Below are positions 37,965 to 51,773 of a stretch of 64,000 nt of DNA, piece after piece. The notes below the pieces were generated by a model. That model was not told the origin of the DNA, ran no database searches, and was given only the letters and a program-made list of their open reading frames with translations. This DNA is from Malacoraja senta (taxonomy: Eukaryota). The translations under genes were made by a program, and so were the position numbers. Every line of letters begins with the position of its first letter. Position 1 is the stretch's first letter. The stretch covers positions 9,488,001 through 9,552,000 of the forward strand of contig CM075988.1 of assembly GCA_038087875.1 (NCBI GenBank), read 5' to 3'.

Positions 37965-38830
37965 GGATTAGGGGGCCGAGATCAGCCATGATTGAATGGC
38001 AGAGTAAACTCAATGGGCTGAATGGCCCAATTCTATTCCTATGACTTGTGTCTCCACGCTTTCTCCCTGCCAGTGCCCTTGCTGCTTGTGGTGTCAACTT
38101 TACCTGTGATCCTGGGAACGTCTGCCACACCCGGTGACAAAATTTGAAGAATTTTGATCACTGACTCTTTAAATGTTGATTCTAGCATTTCCACTAATTC
38201 TACTGTCAGGCTAATTGGTCTCTGCCACCTCAGTCCCTCGCTGTCTTGAGGCTTGTACTGGTCCTCAGTTTCCACCAGATACGTAGTATCGTCTTCCATG
38301 ATAAAGGATGAAAAAACATTTGTTTAATTTCCCTGCTGTTTCCTTAGAAACATTGAAACATAGAAGGTGCAGGTGGAGGCCATTCAGCCATTCAGCCCTT
38401 CGAGCCAGCACCGCCATTCATTGTGATCATGGCTGATCGTCCCCAATCAATAACCCGTGCCTGTCTTCTCCCCATATCCCTTGATTCCAATGGAAACAAT
38501 TTATTCTCTAATGTAATTTCTCTGGTCTCAGTCCATAAGGAGCCCTTATGTTTTTAACCAATATTTAGAAGCTTTTACAGCCTGTCTTTACATTTCTTAC
38601 TGGACCACTTTCTTATTGTACTTTCTCTTCCTTGAATCGATCTCTTGGCTCTGCTTTGCTGAATTATGTAATTATTCCAATCCTGAGACTGATTGCTCTT
38701 TTTGACAATATGATCGGCCTTCTCTACTGATCTAAAACTAACCTCTTGTTAACCATAACCAAATATTTTTCCTGTTAGGCTCCACTGCATTGAAAGGGTA
38801 TATATTTGCTTTAAACAATGTATTAACATA
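37965..38830. mobile_element. Cluster of CR1 fragments: + tail 37965-38050; - tail 38345-38490 within an older - remnant
   Basis: CR1 tail motifs and degenerate ORF2-like sequence. Confidence 0.55.
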
Positions 38831-38894
38831 AATATGAGCTGTTTGTTCCAGGTCTACACCCAGTAGAAACCATCACCTTAAGGATATTTTCTGT

Positions 38895-39590
38895 ATTATT
38901 GTCTGCACATTTAGCCTCAGGGTTTCGTATCTCCTTCCCTCTCTGGTTCCATCTACTTATCGTCCCTCCCTTATCTGGTTCCACATCACCACCCACCTCT
39001 CCGTCTCTACCTCCAACCTCCTTTCCCTCCACCTAGTCCCACCTTCCCCTATTTCCTCTCCCCTCATCTGCCTCTGCCTCTCACCCACCATCTAGTTTCT
39101 ATCAACTCCACCTCTCTCCTCTCCCTTCTGCATCATCTGTCCTCATCCCTCTCCTCACCTGGCTCCACCTATTACCTGCCAATCCCTGCCACTGCACGAC
39201 CCCTCCACTCTTTATGTGTAGGAAGGAACTGTAGATGTTGGTTTACACCGGAGATAGACACAAAAAGCTGGAGTAACAGTGGGCCAAGCAGCATCTCTGG
39301 AGAAAAGGGATGGGCGATGTCTCGGGTCGAGACCCAACTCCAGTCTGAAGAAATGTCTTGACCAAAAACGTCACCTATTCCTTTTCTCCAAAGATGCTGC
39401 CTGACTCGCTGAATTACTCCAGTTTCTTGTGTCTACCTTCACCTCTTTATACTGGGTATCTACCTGCTACTCTCTTATTCTAAACCCAAAACATCAATTA
39501 TCCCTTTGCCTCCACAGATGCTGCCTGACCTGTTGTGTTTCTCCAGCAGTTCATTTCTTCCTCCACACTACAGCATCTATAGCCCCAGAT
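38895..39590 (+). mobile_element. Longer Penelope-like 3' region with a nested palindromic copy (39216-39442)
   Basis: Pyrimidine tract followed by ...cacagatgctgcctgacctg...cagcatct; nested copy flanked by ctctttat at 39208-39215 and 39443-39450. Confidence 0.6.
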
Positions 39591-39911
39591 GTCTCAACAT
39601 AGCAAATGTTTGATATTTTGGGCATTACAGCTGTGAATAGGATGCAAACTATGTTACATGCAGCAGCCAGAGCATACTAACCAAATCACAATTCCATTTA
39701 AAAAATATATATCTTACAGCAGATGCACCTTACCCATAAATATTAACTGCAAAAGTATATTCCAACAGAGTGAGAATACAGGGCATCCATATATATCAAA
39801 TCAAATTACATGGCTGCCAGTTTTGTTTCTTATTTTCCCAAAACAAGATAATGGTGTTTTCATTTATACACCCCCCTTCACATTCTCATGACCTCTCAGA
39901 CCTGCACAGAC

Positions 39912-40222
39912 AATGCACAGCGCCAAACAGGGCCAATGTGCGCAGTGCCTCACTGAGCCCGAGACCCAGGTTCAATCCTAACCTAGGCTGCAACTGTGTG
40001 GAGTTTGCAGGCTCTCCGTGTGACACATGGGTTTCCTCTGGGTGCTCTGGTTTCCTCCCACATCCCAAAGACATGCAGGTTTGTTGGTTAATTGCTCTCT
40101 GTAAATTGCCCCAAAAAAAGGGAGTGGATGCGAAGTGGGATAACATAGAACAAGTGAGAATGGGCGATCGATGGTTGGCCGAAGGGCCTGTTCCCATGCT
40201 GTATCTCTAAACTAAACTAAAC
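39912..40222 (+). mobile_element. HE1-like V-SINE
   Basis: V-domain and (taaac)n tail. Confidence 0.8.
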
Positions 40223-40945
40223 AATAAATGCTGTTGCTTCATTGAAACATCCCTCAAAATCTCGATCTGGATGATGTACTCCAGTAACTGTAAGTAGACT
40301 TAACCACAATAACCTTATATTTGTGAGGTAAATGTGCTATCACCAAGCCTTGCTGACACTTCAATATCTTTTTCAAGTGAAATCAATAAATATATGAATT
40401 TGATTAGAGCATTAAACAACTGAGCACAAAGCATTCACTTAGTGCTTAGCATAGTGTTAGAATCAATTGTTTTTCATAGACGTTCGCGTCAGGACTGGAA
40501 CTAATATAGAAACATTCTTACTAACCTTTCTTTCCTATTACCAGTGACCTTCAACACTCCTAATATCTTTACACCGCTGATTATTTGGCACTTTACTTTC
40601 ATTTATTCTCTTTCACTGCCCATTCTTCACCTTATAAGAAGGGGTTCTAGGTCAATGGATTTATTTGTTTTCTCTTGCACAGAAAAAAAAAAATCAATTT
40701 TTTCTCTTATTCATGCAGTCGACATTCCACCCTTTTAGGTTGATCCATGGGAGCTTGTTTCTCTTCAGTGACAGGTTCATTGTTTTTCTTTTTAGTTTGA
40801 ATACATCTTATTTCTCTTTCCATGTCCAAAGGGCAGTGGTGAATTGAAGCGTGGTCAGGATTTGTTGGGACACATTCTCGGGGCTCTCAGTTCCCTTGTA
40901 TCCATCCAGATAGCAATGTGAAATGAAGAAGTCTTGCCCATGAAA

Positions 40946-41190
40946 CATGTAGAAAGGAACTGCAGATGCTGGTTTATACCGAAGAGAGACACAGAGTGCT
41001 GGAATAACTCAACGGATTAGGCACCATCTCTGGAGAAATAGGATGGGTGACGTTTCGGGTCGGGAACCCTTCTTCACACTGAATGTTGTGAATGTTCACA
41101 CTGAAGAAGGGTCCCGACCCGAAATATCGCCCATCCTTTTTCTCCAGAGATGCTGCCTGATCCACTGAATTACCCCAGTACTTTGTGTTT
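40946..41190. mobile_element. Palindromic hammerhead-motif element
   Basis: gacgtttcgggtcgggaacccttcttca / ctgaagaagggtcccgacccgaaatatc inverted arms. Confidence 0.8.
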
Positions 41191-41484
41191 GACTTGCCGA
41201 TCAGTTGGATTACGACAGAAGTAGGCCCAGCGTACGGGGCAGGATTCATGGAAATAGGATTGCTGGACATTGTAGGGAAAAAATGCTTGTACCAGTTTCA
41301 GTTCTAGAAGTAGGTTAATCATTCCAGGGAGGAAACGTTGGCCATGGTTATAAAGGAGAATCAGCATTATTAAAGTAGGTAGGGGAATTGGGTTAGGATG
41401 AAGTGAGATTGTCAGTGGGTGTTGTTAGCAGATGTGTTCTTCATATATATTTTTCAGAGCTAAGGGCAAGAGGTAACAATTAGC

Positions 41485-42085
41485 TTTTCAATGTTCAATG
41501 GTAATTTATTGTCACATATACCAAGGTACAGTGAAATTCATTTTTGGATACGGTTTAGTACAAATACATAGAGACCTCTTAGATAAGCATTTCAGATACA
41601 GAACGTGTATAGCAGTCGTACACTGAGTATACGGACTTGGCAGCTATTGGCGCCATTTTCAAGTCCCAGTTTGTAAGTGCAGTGTTCTTGGCCTGGCCAT
41701 GAAGGCCTGTTGTCCTAGTGGGGTTAAAGGGTCAGCCTGGCCAAGCATAGCCGTGTCATCCTCTACCGCTGTAGTCCATGTCCGGTCCACGTGCTTGGCC
41801 TCTTGGAGTGATGCCCGATCCAGCCGAGTCCCAGGCATTTGCAGGGCCTCCAGCGGCCCACTCCACCGTCGGGGCCGTGCCCTGCCTCTCACAGCCAGTC
41901 TGCTTACTGGCCCTCCACCCGACTCCCCCCTCTCTGGGTAGTGAGCTGGGCCTGCTGTCAGGTATTGCCGTGGCACTCCAGGGGTGACCTTCTGCCGTGA
42001 AGAGGTGATTGGCCTCGCTCCTTCACCCACTCTCTCCTCTTCTGCCTTCCAGGTAGGTCCTTGGTCAGCTGCGGGCAAGCCACAA
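41485..42085 (-). mobile_element. GC-rich non-autonomous retroelement with hairpin-gacaataaa tail
   Basis: Minus strand cactgtaccttggtatatgtgacaataaa followed by (cattgaa) repeats; aaaatggcgcc motif. Confidence 0.5.
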
Positions 42086-42246
42086 CATACTACCAACATA
42101 CTACCAATTTCACAACATACCACCATCTACTCCAAAGACGTACAGGTTTGTAGTTTAATTGGCTTGGTAAATGTAAAAATTGTCCCTAGTGGGTGTAGGA
42201 TAGTGTTAATGTGTGGGGATCGACGGTGAGCCAAAGGGCCTATTTC

Positions 42247-42446
42247 NNNNNNNNNNNNNNNNNNNNNNNNNNNNNNNNNNNNNNNNNNNNNNNNNNNNNN
42301 NNNNNNNNNNNNNNNNNNNNNNNNNNNNNNNNNNNNNNNNNNNNNNNNNNNNNNNNNNNNNNNNNNNNNNNNNNNNNNNNNNNNNNNNNNNNNNNNNNNN
42401 NNNNNNNNNNNNNNNNNNNNNNNNNNNNNNNNNNNNNNNNNNNNNN
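42247..42446. other. Assembly gap (200 N)
   Basis: Run of N; left side ends inside a SINE tail (42125-42246). Confidence 0.99.
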
Positions 42447-42748
42447 GCCAATAAAACTGATTGCAACTAAAAAAAAGAGGGAGAGAGAGAATTTTATATC
42501 CCTAGAGCTTAATTGGATGGAAAATTGATTCCCAGAGCCAAACAAGAACTGCTTTCTTCCTATCATGTACCAAGTTAACACACTAATCCTAAAAAACAAC
42601 TAATGCTTCTTTGTTCTGAAGTCTCTGAGCATGTCCTCTCTTTGCTTAAATGTCCAGTACTGCTGCAGGATTTAACATTGCTCCATTTTGACTTGATTTT
42701 CTCATAGAACTATTAATGCTGCAGCAAATGCCATCCCATATGTCCCAA

Positions 42749-43116
42749 AGGGCCTATCCCACTTTCCCGAGTTATTCACGAATTCTCCTGAGTTATTCAC
42801 GAATTCTCCAAGTTTTCAAACTCGCAGAATGTCGTAATAAGTCCGTAAGAGGCCATAGGAGCCTGTGGATATATCGTAGCGGCTCGTTATGCCAGCCGTA
42901 GGTACTCGGGGCATCAGGTAAGTCGGGACGTTTTTTCCAGCCTGATGAAAAATGTCCACGAGTAAATAAATAGCCTCGAGTACCTACGACTGGCATAACG
43001 AGCCGCTACGATATATCCACGGACTCCTACAGCCTCCTATGGACTCGTTACGAACATTCTGCGAGTTTGAAAACTCGGGAGAATTCGTGTATAACTTGGA
43101 AGGTGGGACAGGCCCT
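42749..43116. mobile_element. PIF/Harbinger-like MITE with long (~150 bp) TIRs
   Basis: agggcctatcccac ... gtgggacaggccct; flanks caa/taa; arms nearly complementary throughout. Confidence 0.85.
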
Positions 43117-43263
43117 TAAGTCTGCTATGTAACTATTCTCTTTTTCCCATTCAAATGCAAAAAAAAGGTCCTATATACAATCACTTTGGATTCAACCATT
43201 GATTGACACCAAAATTGCAAATGGAAAAACTGGGAATTATATTCACCACCTTTCAGAGATTAA

Positions 43264-43847
43264 AGGGCCCTTGTCCCACTTAGGCAATTTTTGGGCGACT
43301 GCTGTCGATTAGGCCTGTCGCCACGCAGTCACCGGGATGTCACCTTTATGGTCGTGAGAAGTCTCCTCACTCGTCCAAAGTGTCGTTAGCATTTTTCTGG
43401 TCGCTGCTACATTTTGAAATGTTCAAAACATTTCGGCGACAGCTGGCGACAGTCGGTGGCCGTGGGCTTGTCGTAGCTTGTCTTCTCCTGACGTAGGTGC
43501 TGTCGTAGGTTTCGCTAGGATGGCGTAGGTTGTCGCCAGGTGACGTATGTTGTCGCCGGTGCTGACTTCGGTGAATTCCATGGCGTCAACCTACGTCAAC
43601 CGGCGACAGGTACCTGCGACTTAATTGTCTTACCTTGTCATAGCTTGTCCGCGGGTGGACGTAGGTCGTCGTTGGTGTGGTTGTAGGTAGACATCCTAAT
43701 GGTTGTCGGTAGCTTGCCGTAGTTGGACGTCGACTGGGAGGTAGGTTTGTTGTCGACATTGTCGTAGACATTGTCGTCTGGGGGGTCCAGTCGCCGTTTT
43801 TTTTTTGGCGACCTGCTACGACTATGACAGTCGCGGCAGTCGCCGAT
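43264..43847. mobile_element. PIF/Harbinger-like MITE, right terminus lost
   Basis: taa|agggcccttgtcccact; ggcgactgc / gcagtcgcc subterminal IR; many gtcgtagg-like internal repeats. Confidence 0.7.
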
Positions 43848-44179
43848 GATATTCTTTATTTCCAGGCCCTTAATATTCCCCCTAGGTTACCAGAACTGCA
43901 AAGAGTAATATTTTTCTTCCAGTGCTTTAAGATGCATTACTCCTGAGACTTAAATGCTCACAATGGCACCTGAAATGTCCATGTGAGATCTTATGCTATG
44001 TGGCCATAATTATGAGGAAAAACAGCCTCAACCAAAGCTGTATGAAAATTTGAAAATAGCCATTAATTCATTTCTTCAAAGGACCAGAGAATTTGCCCAG
44101 TGATTATCTTCCAAAATCATGGAAAGAAATGATGTCAGGAGATTTAGTAGGCTATGTTTTAGCAGAAGTCTAAGTTCGA

Positions 44180-44510
44180 AAGAGTGCAGAGAATATTTAC
44201 CAGGACTTGAGGGCCTGAGCTACAGGGACAGGTTGGGCAGGCTAGGACATTATTCCTTGGAGCACAGGAGGATGAGGGGTGACCTTATAGAGGTGTACCA
44301 AATCAGGAGAGGAATAAATATGATAAATGCACGGAGTCTTTTACCCAAAGTAGGGGAATCAAGAAGCAGATGACATAGCTTTAAGGTGAATGGGGAAACA
44401 TTTATAAGAAATTGAGGGGCAATTTGTTTCACACAGAGGGCAGTGGGTATATGGAATGAGCTGCCCAAGGAAGTAGTTAACTATAACAACATTTTAAAAA
44501 GACATGTGGA
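44180..44510 (+). mobile_element. CR1 3' ORF2 fragment
   Basis: LPGLEGLSYRDRLGRLGHYSLEHRRMRGDLIEVY. Confidence 0.85.
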
Positions 44511-44766
44511 CCCTTCTTCAGTCTACAGTTTATTTGATGGTTTATCAACATCTGAAAACATTTCTGTAATACAAATTAAGCAACTACAGGTGGCATTTTG
44601 GAATTAAGCTCAGCTTCATATCTTCGACCAGAAATGTTAACTCTGTTTCCTTTTTCACAATTGCTGCCTGACTTGTTGAGAATTCCAGAGTTTTATTTTT
44701 TTATTTTACTGCATTGATTGGTTTTTTTTCCCACACTTAAATGTTTGCAGGGAAATAATAATTTTG

Positions 44767-45070
44767 GGCAGCATGGTGGCGCAGCGGTAGAGCTGCTGCC
44801 TTTCAGAGCAAGAGGCCCAGGTACAATCTGAAGCATGGGTGTTGTCTGTACCGAGTTTGTACGTTCTCCCCGTGACCTGCATGGGTTTTCCCCGGGGAGG
44901 AAACACTCCAAAGACGTACAAGTTTGTAGGTTAATTGGCTTGGGTAAAGATTGTAAATTGTCCCTTGTGTAGGGTAGTGGCAGTGTGCAGGGATCGCTGG
45001 TCGGCGCGGACTCGGTGGGCCGAAGGGCCTGTTTCCGCGCTGCGTCTCTGAACTGCACTGAACTGAACTG
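44767..45070 (+). mobile_element. HE1-like V-SINE
   Basis: Head, V-domain and (ctgaa)n tail. Confidence 0.85.
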
Positions 45071-45595
45071 ACTCCTCGACCTACACAAACTTACTTCAAT
45101 GAGAAGAAAATTGCCAGTGACACAGTCTTACTGAAGAGAAACTGAACTAAACCTCCTATCATGAATACGCATCACTGCACTGTGTTAGGAACTTCCATAA
45201 CTTACATACTTTAATCACAAATCAAAGAATGTATTAAAGAAGGCCATCAGACTCCTGAAAGAACTAATTAAAAAAGGTTAATTCCACTTGTCACATTTTC
45301 GATCTTATTCCAACCAGCAGTCACCTCATTACCTATTCATTACTCATTTCAGGCAGAGCATAGTTTAGTTATAATGAACTCATTATAACAGGCCTGTACC
45401 GGGCACAGGGCAGATGGAATGATCCTATCATCAGAAATAACACAAGTTTTCCAGGGGGCTTAGAGTAGTGATTTTCATTTAGTCAGCTACTTCAAGCAAT
45501 ATCGCTCCTTGCAGTGCTTTAAAGAAAGGAACTTTTTACATAAAGCTGCAAAAATGTAAAAGAAAGTTATGTCGATGCTCATCCATCAAATTCAA

Positions 45596-45722
45596 TCTGA
45601 GGGAGGGTCCTGACCTGAAACGTCACCCTTCCATGTTGTCCAGAGATGCTGCCTGACCCGCTGAGTTACCCCAGCACTTTGTGTCCTTTTCTGCAAACCA
45701 CCATCTGTAGTTCCTTGTTTCA
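45596..45722 (+). mobile_element. Short Penelope-like element
   Basis: Family body; catcaaatt repeated on both sides. Confidence 0.65.
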
Positions 45723-45881
45723 ACATCAAATTAAGAGCTTGTAATTCACCAAGTACACAGTTTAAGAAAACACCATTGTCATGAAGTTGAGGTACATTTA
45801 GACTCTAGAAGATGGTGGCTAATTGACTAGATAAAGTGATGATGTGTCATGTTGCCAAGTTTTTCTTGTTAATTCAGATTA

Positions 45882-46387
45882 ATTTAGTCAGCTGGAAACA
45901 AGCCCTTTGACCCACCGAGTCCATGTGAACCAGCGATCACCACATACACAAGTTCTACCCAACACACTAGGGACAATTTACAGAAGCCAATTGACCTACA
46001 AACCTACATGTCTTTGGAACGTAGGAGGAAACTGGAGCACCCAAATAAAACCCACGGAGAACATACAAACTCGACAGACCGCACCCGTAGTCAGGATCGA
46101 ACCTAGGTCTCTGACGCTCTAAAGCTGCAACACTACCGCTGCGTCATTATATCAGAAATGTTTTCCTGGTGTGGAAATGTCAAAGAATGGAGGTCATAGT
46201 TAAGTGAAGTTTAGTTTAGTTTAGAGATACAACGGAAACAGGCCCTTAGGCCCACAGAGTCCACACCGACCAGCGATCCCCACACATTAACACTATCCTA
46301 CACACACTTGGGGCAATTTTACACATAAACCAAGCCAATTAACCTACATACCTGCATGTCTTTGAAATGTGGGTGGAAACCAAAGAA
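45882..46387 (-). mobile_element. Two HE1-like SINE copies (45882-46147; 46203-46387, 5'-truncated)
   Basis: Reverse-complement SINE motifs. Confidence 0.75.
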
Positions 46388-47460
46388 CTGGGAAATATTC
46401 CGGTGCCTGGGCCCGATGAGCAATTGCGGTGGAGCGGGGGTAAGCTCAGTCAGAATCACTCCAAGCACATGCCTCTTCTCGACATCCGCCATGACAGGGT
46501 GAGGACTGGCCACCCTTGCAGCCACAACAGCCCCCTCCACCTGAGGAACATTGCGCTGGCTAAAGATGACCAAATTCCTCACTCCTAACACATCGCGATA
46601 GAAACTAGACAGACCCCGTATGGCGGGTCGACTGATTCCCGCCACCAGGAGCTGAGAAACCCCCCTTAGGCAATGGCCCCGGTGGAAAAAATACGTGGCC
46701 GGAGTGTGCCGTCTGGGGGGGTGCTCCACGTACACATACCTCCACAGAGTCCTGAGACGGAAAGCAGCCACCTGGGTACACACGCATACCAAGGACTGGC
46801 CACCCTCCTCTAACGGGAGACTCAGGACTGCTGTGGAAAGCCAGTGCTTCCTATCTCTCCAAAAGAATTCCACCAGCTTCTTCTGTATTGTAGTTGCAAA
46901 GATAGAGTGCGGGACAAGAGTGGCCAGCCGGTACAGTTCTTCAACAGGCAGAGTTTGCCCTTCTTGGACAGCAGGACAACGACTGCCCTGCGCCATGAGA
47001 GGGGCATCTCCCCGGTCGCCAGGCTCTCCCCCAACAAACTCTACCGTCAGCCCATCCAGCCCTGGGGACTTGCCCTTCCTGATCTGGTGCAGGGCACCAG
47101 TCAACTCCTCCAATGATAAGTCCTCACTAATCCGCCCCAAGTGAGACTCTGCGTCGAGTAACTCCCTCTCGAGTCGCTCGACTGCCGCGTCCTGCCTTCC
47201 GGTTGACTCCTACGTGTATTCCTGACAAAAGAGATGGATGTAAGCATTTCCCACATCCCACCACTGCCTGAGGGAAGGGAAGCCCCTCTGCCTCTCTTTC
47301 CACTTCACCCAAAACCGACTGAATGTCTCCCGGAATCGGCGAACCTCCAGCAGCCGGTTATTAAAGAGCCAGTACGCGGAACCAGCCCCTGTGCGCGCTT
47401 GAATAAAGTCCACCCGCACCAGACAGTGGTCCAAGCATGGCACCAGCCACATAGGTTTTT
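46388..47460 (-). mobile_element. Tx1-type LINE ORF2 remnant with RT core deleted
   Basis: AGSAYWLFNNRLLE, FPSLRQWWDVG, GKSPGLDGLTVEF, GEMPLSWRRAVVVLL, LPLEEGGQSLVC. Confidence 0.85.
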
Positions 47461-47523
47461 CATGGTCTGTGTTGGGCTGAAGGGCCTGTTTCTGTGTGGT
47501 ATGACTACAGATCTCTACAATGT

Positions 47524-47664
47524 ACACACCTCACAGACACATACTCATGCACACAAATGCACATATACAAACACACACACCCTCACACACGTACACACAC
47601 ACGCACACACACGTGCACACATACACACACACACACACGTACACACGCACACACACACACACAT

Positions 47665-47732
<68 letters not shown>

Positions 47733-47815
47733 GCACACACACACGTACACACACACACACACGTACACACACACACACACTCACGCGCACACACACACAT
47801 ACACACATACACAAG
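47524..47815 (+). repeat. (CA)n microsatellite
   Basis: Direct reading. Confidence 0.97.
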
Positions 47816-48755
47816 CAGAGTTACATGCAAAAACGCACCCAAACAAGGAGATAAACATTTATATCTGTTCCACATCATTACATAAAGGGTAATTACATGA
47901 GGTTGGACCAGCCTTACGAACTGTGAGCGTAACAGAAGTGCAATTGGAAGAATGAACTAGACTCTGAGCCCCTTCCTAATACAGATACACCGCTCTGAAT
48001 ACCAAGCCAAAGATGTAACTTTCAGAGAACATAAGAAGCATTGCTGGTGATGGAGGAGCTTGAGTACATCCATCTGATGGTGATGGAAGACCCAGTATTT
48101 ATTTATCCTGCATTCCAAATAGGCACAGCAGTTCTGTAAGTGCTTCACATATTTCACACAAATTGTATGCTTCATCTGTACAAGTGATATATGATTGGAA
48201 TGTGATAGTGAGCACGTTTTACACAATGTCTGCTGTAAACCTGCTGCTCCCAATAATGTCTGAAGCAATATGATATCGCTTGGTTGGTTATGCAGAGTCT
48301 TTTGGACAGGGTCCATTTCCACTTCTTTCCATTCACTGTATCTAGCTCTTGGCACCAACTTCAACCAATAATAATGTCTGCAGAGCATCGGAGTAGAGTT
48401 GAAGGCAGTTAACAAGACCAGAGTGTAGAGTTTCAATCAGTGGCATCTGATTCTGTAGCAACTGAGTTAGGGGTTATGGGGAGAACGCAGGAGAATGAGG
48501 TTAAGAGGGAAAGGTAGATCAGCCATGATTGAATGGCAGGGTAGATTTGATGGGCTGAACGGTCTTTCTGCTCCTATCATTTATGAATTTATGAAGATTT
48601 TGAATAGCCATCCAAACAAATGAGTGTTATTAAAATCAACTGTCCTGTTTGTGTGTCTGAGAAGTTTATCAATAATCTATTGTAAAGATAATGAAACAAA
48701 AATCTTGCTGTTTGATCATATTGAAAATAAACATTATCTTATCATGTGACATATG

Positions 48756-49063
48756 TGGCACAGTGGCACAGCAGCAGAGCTGTTGTGTTATAACGCCAGA
48801 AAACCAAGTTTGATCCCGACTATGGGTGCTGTCTGTATGGAGTTTGCACGTCCTCCCTGTGACTGCATGGGCTTTCTCCGAGTGCTGCGGTCTCCTCCCG
48901 AATCCCAAATACGTACAGGATTGTAGGTTTATTGGCTTCAGTAAAAATTGTAAGTTGTTCCTATTGTGTAGGATAGTGCTAGTGTACGGGGATCGCTGGT
49001 CAGCACAGACTCGGTGGACAGAAGGGCCTGTTTCCAAACTGTATCATTAAAGTCTAAAGTCCA
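48756..49063 (+). mobile_element. HE1-like V-SINE
   Basis: Head, V-domain and tail. Confidence 0.85.
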
Positions 49064-49259
49064 AAATAATTATTGAGAGGATGCCTTCATATTGGGTATG
49101 CATGCTACATTTTAAATTCACCCACAAAACAAAAAGACATGGAACAGAGGTTAAAGGCATATTTTCCCATCAGCAGAAAGAAAAGACAGTCTCCCTCAAT
49201 TTCTCAAAATTTACAAGCATCAAATGACAATGAATTGAAAAAGATTGCAATCTTTTAAT

Positions 49260-49460
49260 GGAGATACAAGGAACAGCAGATGCTGGTTTACAAAAAAACA
49301 CAATGTGCTGGAATAACTCAGAGTGTCAGACAACATCTCTGGAGAACATGGATAAGTGACGTTTCAGGTCAGGTCTGAAGTTGGGTCCTGACCCGAAACG
49401 TCATCTATCCATGTTCTCCAGAGATGCTGCCTGACCCGCTGAGTTACTCCAGCATTTTGT
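49260..49460. mobile_element. Palindromic hammerhead-motif element; single-arm copies nearby at ~49570-49650 and ~50180-50275
   Basis: tctggagaacatggataagtgacgtttc / gaaacgtcatctatccatgttctccaga. Confidence 0.8.
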
Positions 49461-50511
49461 AATTTCTTAAATTGCAAACTACAAAATTGTAAGGTGGCAG
49501 AAGGTGAGTAAGAAGGAACATGAGTTAAATCATGAAAGCAATGTGTTGCCTAAAACCCCCCAAAGATCTGTAGCAACTCAGCGGGCCAGGCAGCATCTCT
49601 GGATGACATGCATGGTGATATTTCGGCATGGGACCCTTCTTCAGACTGGCGTGTTTTATTGATTAATGGTCTGAGTTATACATTGAAGGAAACTATAAGG
49701 ACTCGAAAATTATAATAGCTTGCAGAATTCCAGACTGTGGAAGTGACCCATGGCAAAACAAAATTTGGTTCCCTTGTCGTTTAAGGGGTTGGCTAATAAG
49801 ATGTGTACAGATATTGGGGAGGATTGTATGGTACAAAATATGTGTGTCCTTGTTTTGCCACTTCATGTGACATTCTTTACAGAGAGCTCTGCTGGAAGTG
49901 GTTACCGTGTCTGGATTTGCTGTAAACTGCCCATTTCTCAAAACCACATGGTAAGGGGGAGTGCTTGTAAAGATGGCGCCTGAGACTGGTCCTAGAAGTA
50001 GATCTGTAATCACTCATTACAATCGCTCCATTCTTCTAAACTGTATTCCACAGCAGCATTTCCTACTATCTGTACACTGTGGACAGCTCGATTGTAATCA
50101 TGTATAGACTTTCCGCTGACTGGTTAGCATGCAACAGAAGCTTTTCACATCACATGTGATATTAAACTAAACTAAACTGTCTGAAGAAGGGTCTCGACCT
50201 GAAACGTCACCTATTCCTTTTCTCCAGAGATGCTGTCTGACCCACTGAGTTACTCCAGCTTTTTGTGTCTATCTTCAACAAACCTAAATATGACAACAGC
50301 GCGATTTATCTTCAGCTTTGTCTTCAGGTTGATTCCTTGTCGCTCCCACACTGTATTTCTCAGTCTTACAAAAGACCATAAGTGGGCAGAACATGTCAGA
50401 AGAAAGTCAGATGACAGAATATAAGGCAGCTAATTTATGCAGAGCTGACTGACATGACGGAGAGGAAATGAAATTCGAAGACTCTTCTAGAACATCCCTA
50501 GTTTCAACATT

Positions 50512-51260
50512 GGCGACTACTGGGTGGCGCCAGCAATGCCTGCCTCGCCAACAGTCTGTCTTTCCCTTTCTTCATCATTGTTTTTTTAGTATGTGTTAAA
50601 TGTATGTTTTGAGTGTTCTTTAGCTTTTTTCATGTGAGAGGTGGTGGAGGGGATTGGGGGAAACATTTCCTAATCTCTTACCTCGACAGAGATGCAATTT
50701 TATTCCATATCGTATCTCCATCCACACTGCAGCCTAATATCGAGGAGTTGGTGGCCTCTTGTTGGAGACCGACTTTGGGGGCTCCAACTGCGGGAGGCTG
50801 CAGGACCTAAACTCATGGAGCTCCCAATCCCTTTGCCAGGGATCAACCTCTAAGCTCTACCGCAGGAGCCCTTGGGACTTACCATCGCGGAGCTCGCGGT
50901 CTCTGGTCAGAGACTGACTTTGGGAACTCCAAGCCGCAGGAGCTTCGATCGCCCCGACGTGGGGGCTTCGACCGCCGGCTGCGGGAGCTTTGATCGCTCC
51001 GACGGATGGTTCGACTGCCCTGACGGATGGTTCGACTGCGGGAGGAAAATGAGGGAAGTAGATTAGACTTTATTGCTTTCCATCACAGTGAAGAATGTGG
51101 GGAATCCGCTGTGGTGGATGTTTATGTTAACTTTTACGTAGTTGTGTGTCTTGTTGTTTTTTTTAGTATGGCTGTATGGTAATTCGTATATCACTGCACC
51201 TTAATTGGTGCACCTGACAATAAAAGACCTTTGAAACTTTTGAAACCTTTGAAACCTTAG
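50512..51260 (+). mobile_element. Family X non-autonomous retroelement, near full length
   Basis: GC-rich core; 3' hairpin tgcacc-ttaatt-ggtgca, gacaataaa and (ctttgaaa)n tail. Confidence 0.7.
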
Positions 51261-51384
51261 AAATATTGACGCACATCACTGTGAAGAACAAGTGTTGGAT
51301 CAGTATTATAAATCTGTTGTGCTGCTGCAAGTAAGAATGCCATTGTTCTGTGTCAGGACATTGGGCAATAAAACACTGTTGACT

Positions 51385-51489
51385 GAAGATAGACACAAAA
51401 AGCTGGAGTAACTCAGTGGGACAGGCAGCATCTTTGGAGAGAAGGAATGGGTGACGTTTTGGGTCGAGATCCTTCTTCAGTTGCTTCCT
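51385..51489 (-). mobile_element. Penelope-like element with 14-bp TSD
   Basis: aaacactgttgact at 51371-51384 and 51490-51503. Confidence 0.8.
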
Positions 51490-51773
51490 AAACACTGTTG
51501 ACTCTTGGCTCATTCTATTTAGCACAGCTACATAAAAAGTATGCTCATTCATATGAGGAAAGTAGACTCAGTCATAGATAGCATTATTCTCTTTCCCAGA
51601 TGACTTGTTTTAAGATGCTTTCTAAGACTCAGTCCTGTTGCTGCAATTGTTAGTTGACCGGAAACAAATGTTGTACAACTATTCCCTCACAGTAAAAGCA
51701 TAAAACACTTACAAGCCATGATTTGCAGCCCGAGCGTTGCCTTACCTGAATACACACCCGCATTGATCTACAT

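Noticed and set aside
42206..42599. ORFs spanning X residues
   Set aside because: Artefact of the 200-N gap
47234..47892. HT/CV-repeat ORFs
   Set aside because: (CA)n microsatellite artefacts
47957..48436. 159-aa minus-strand ORF
   Set aside because: Non-ATG start and no recognisable motif; possibly an old repeat, cannot be supported
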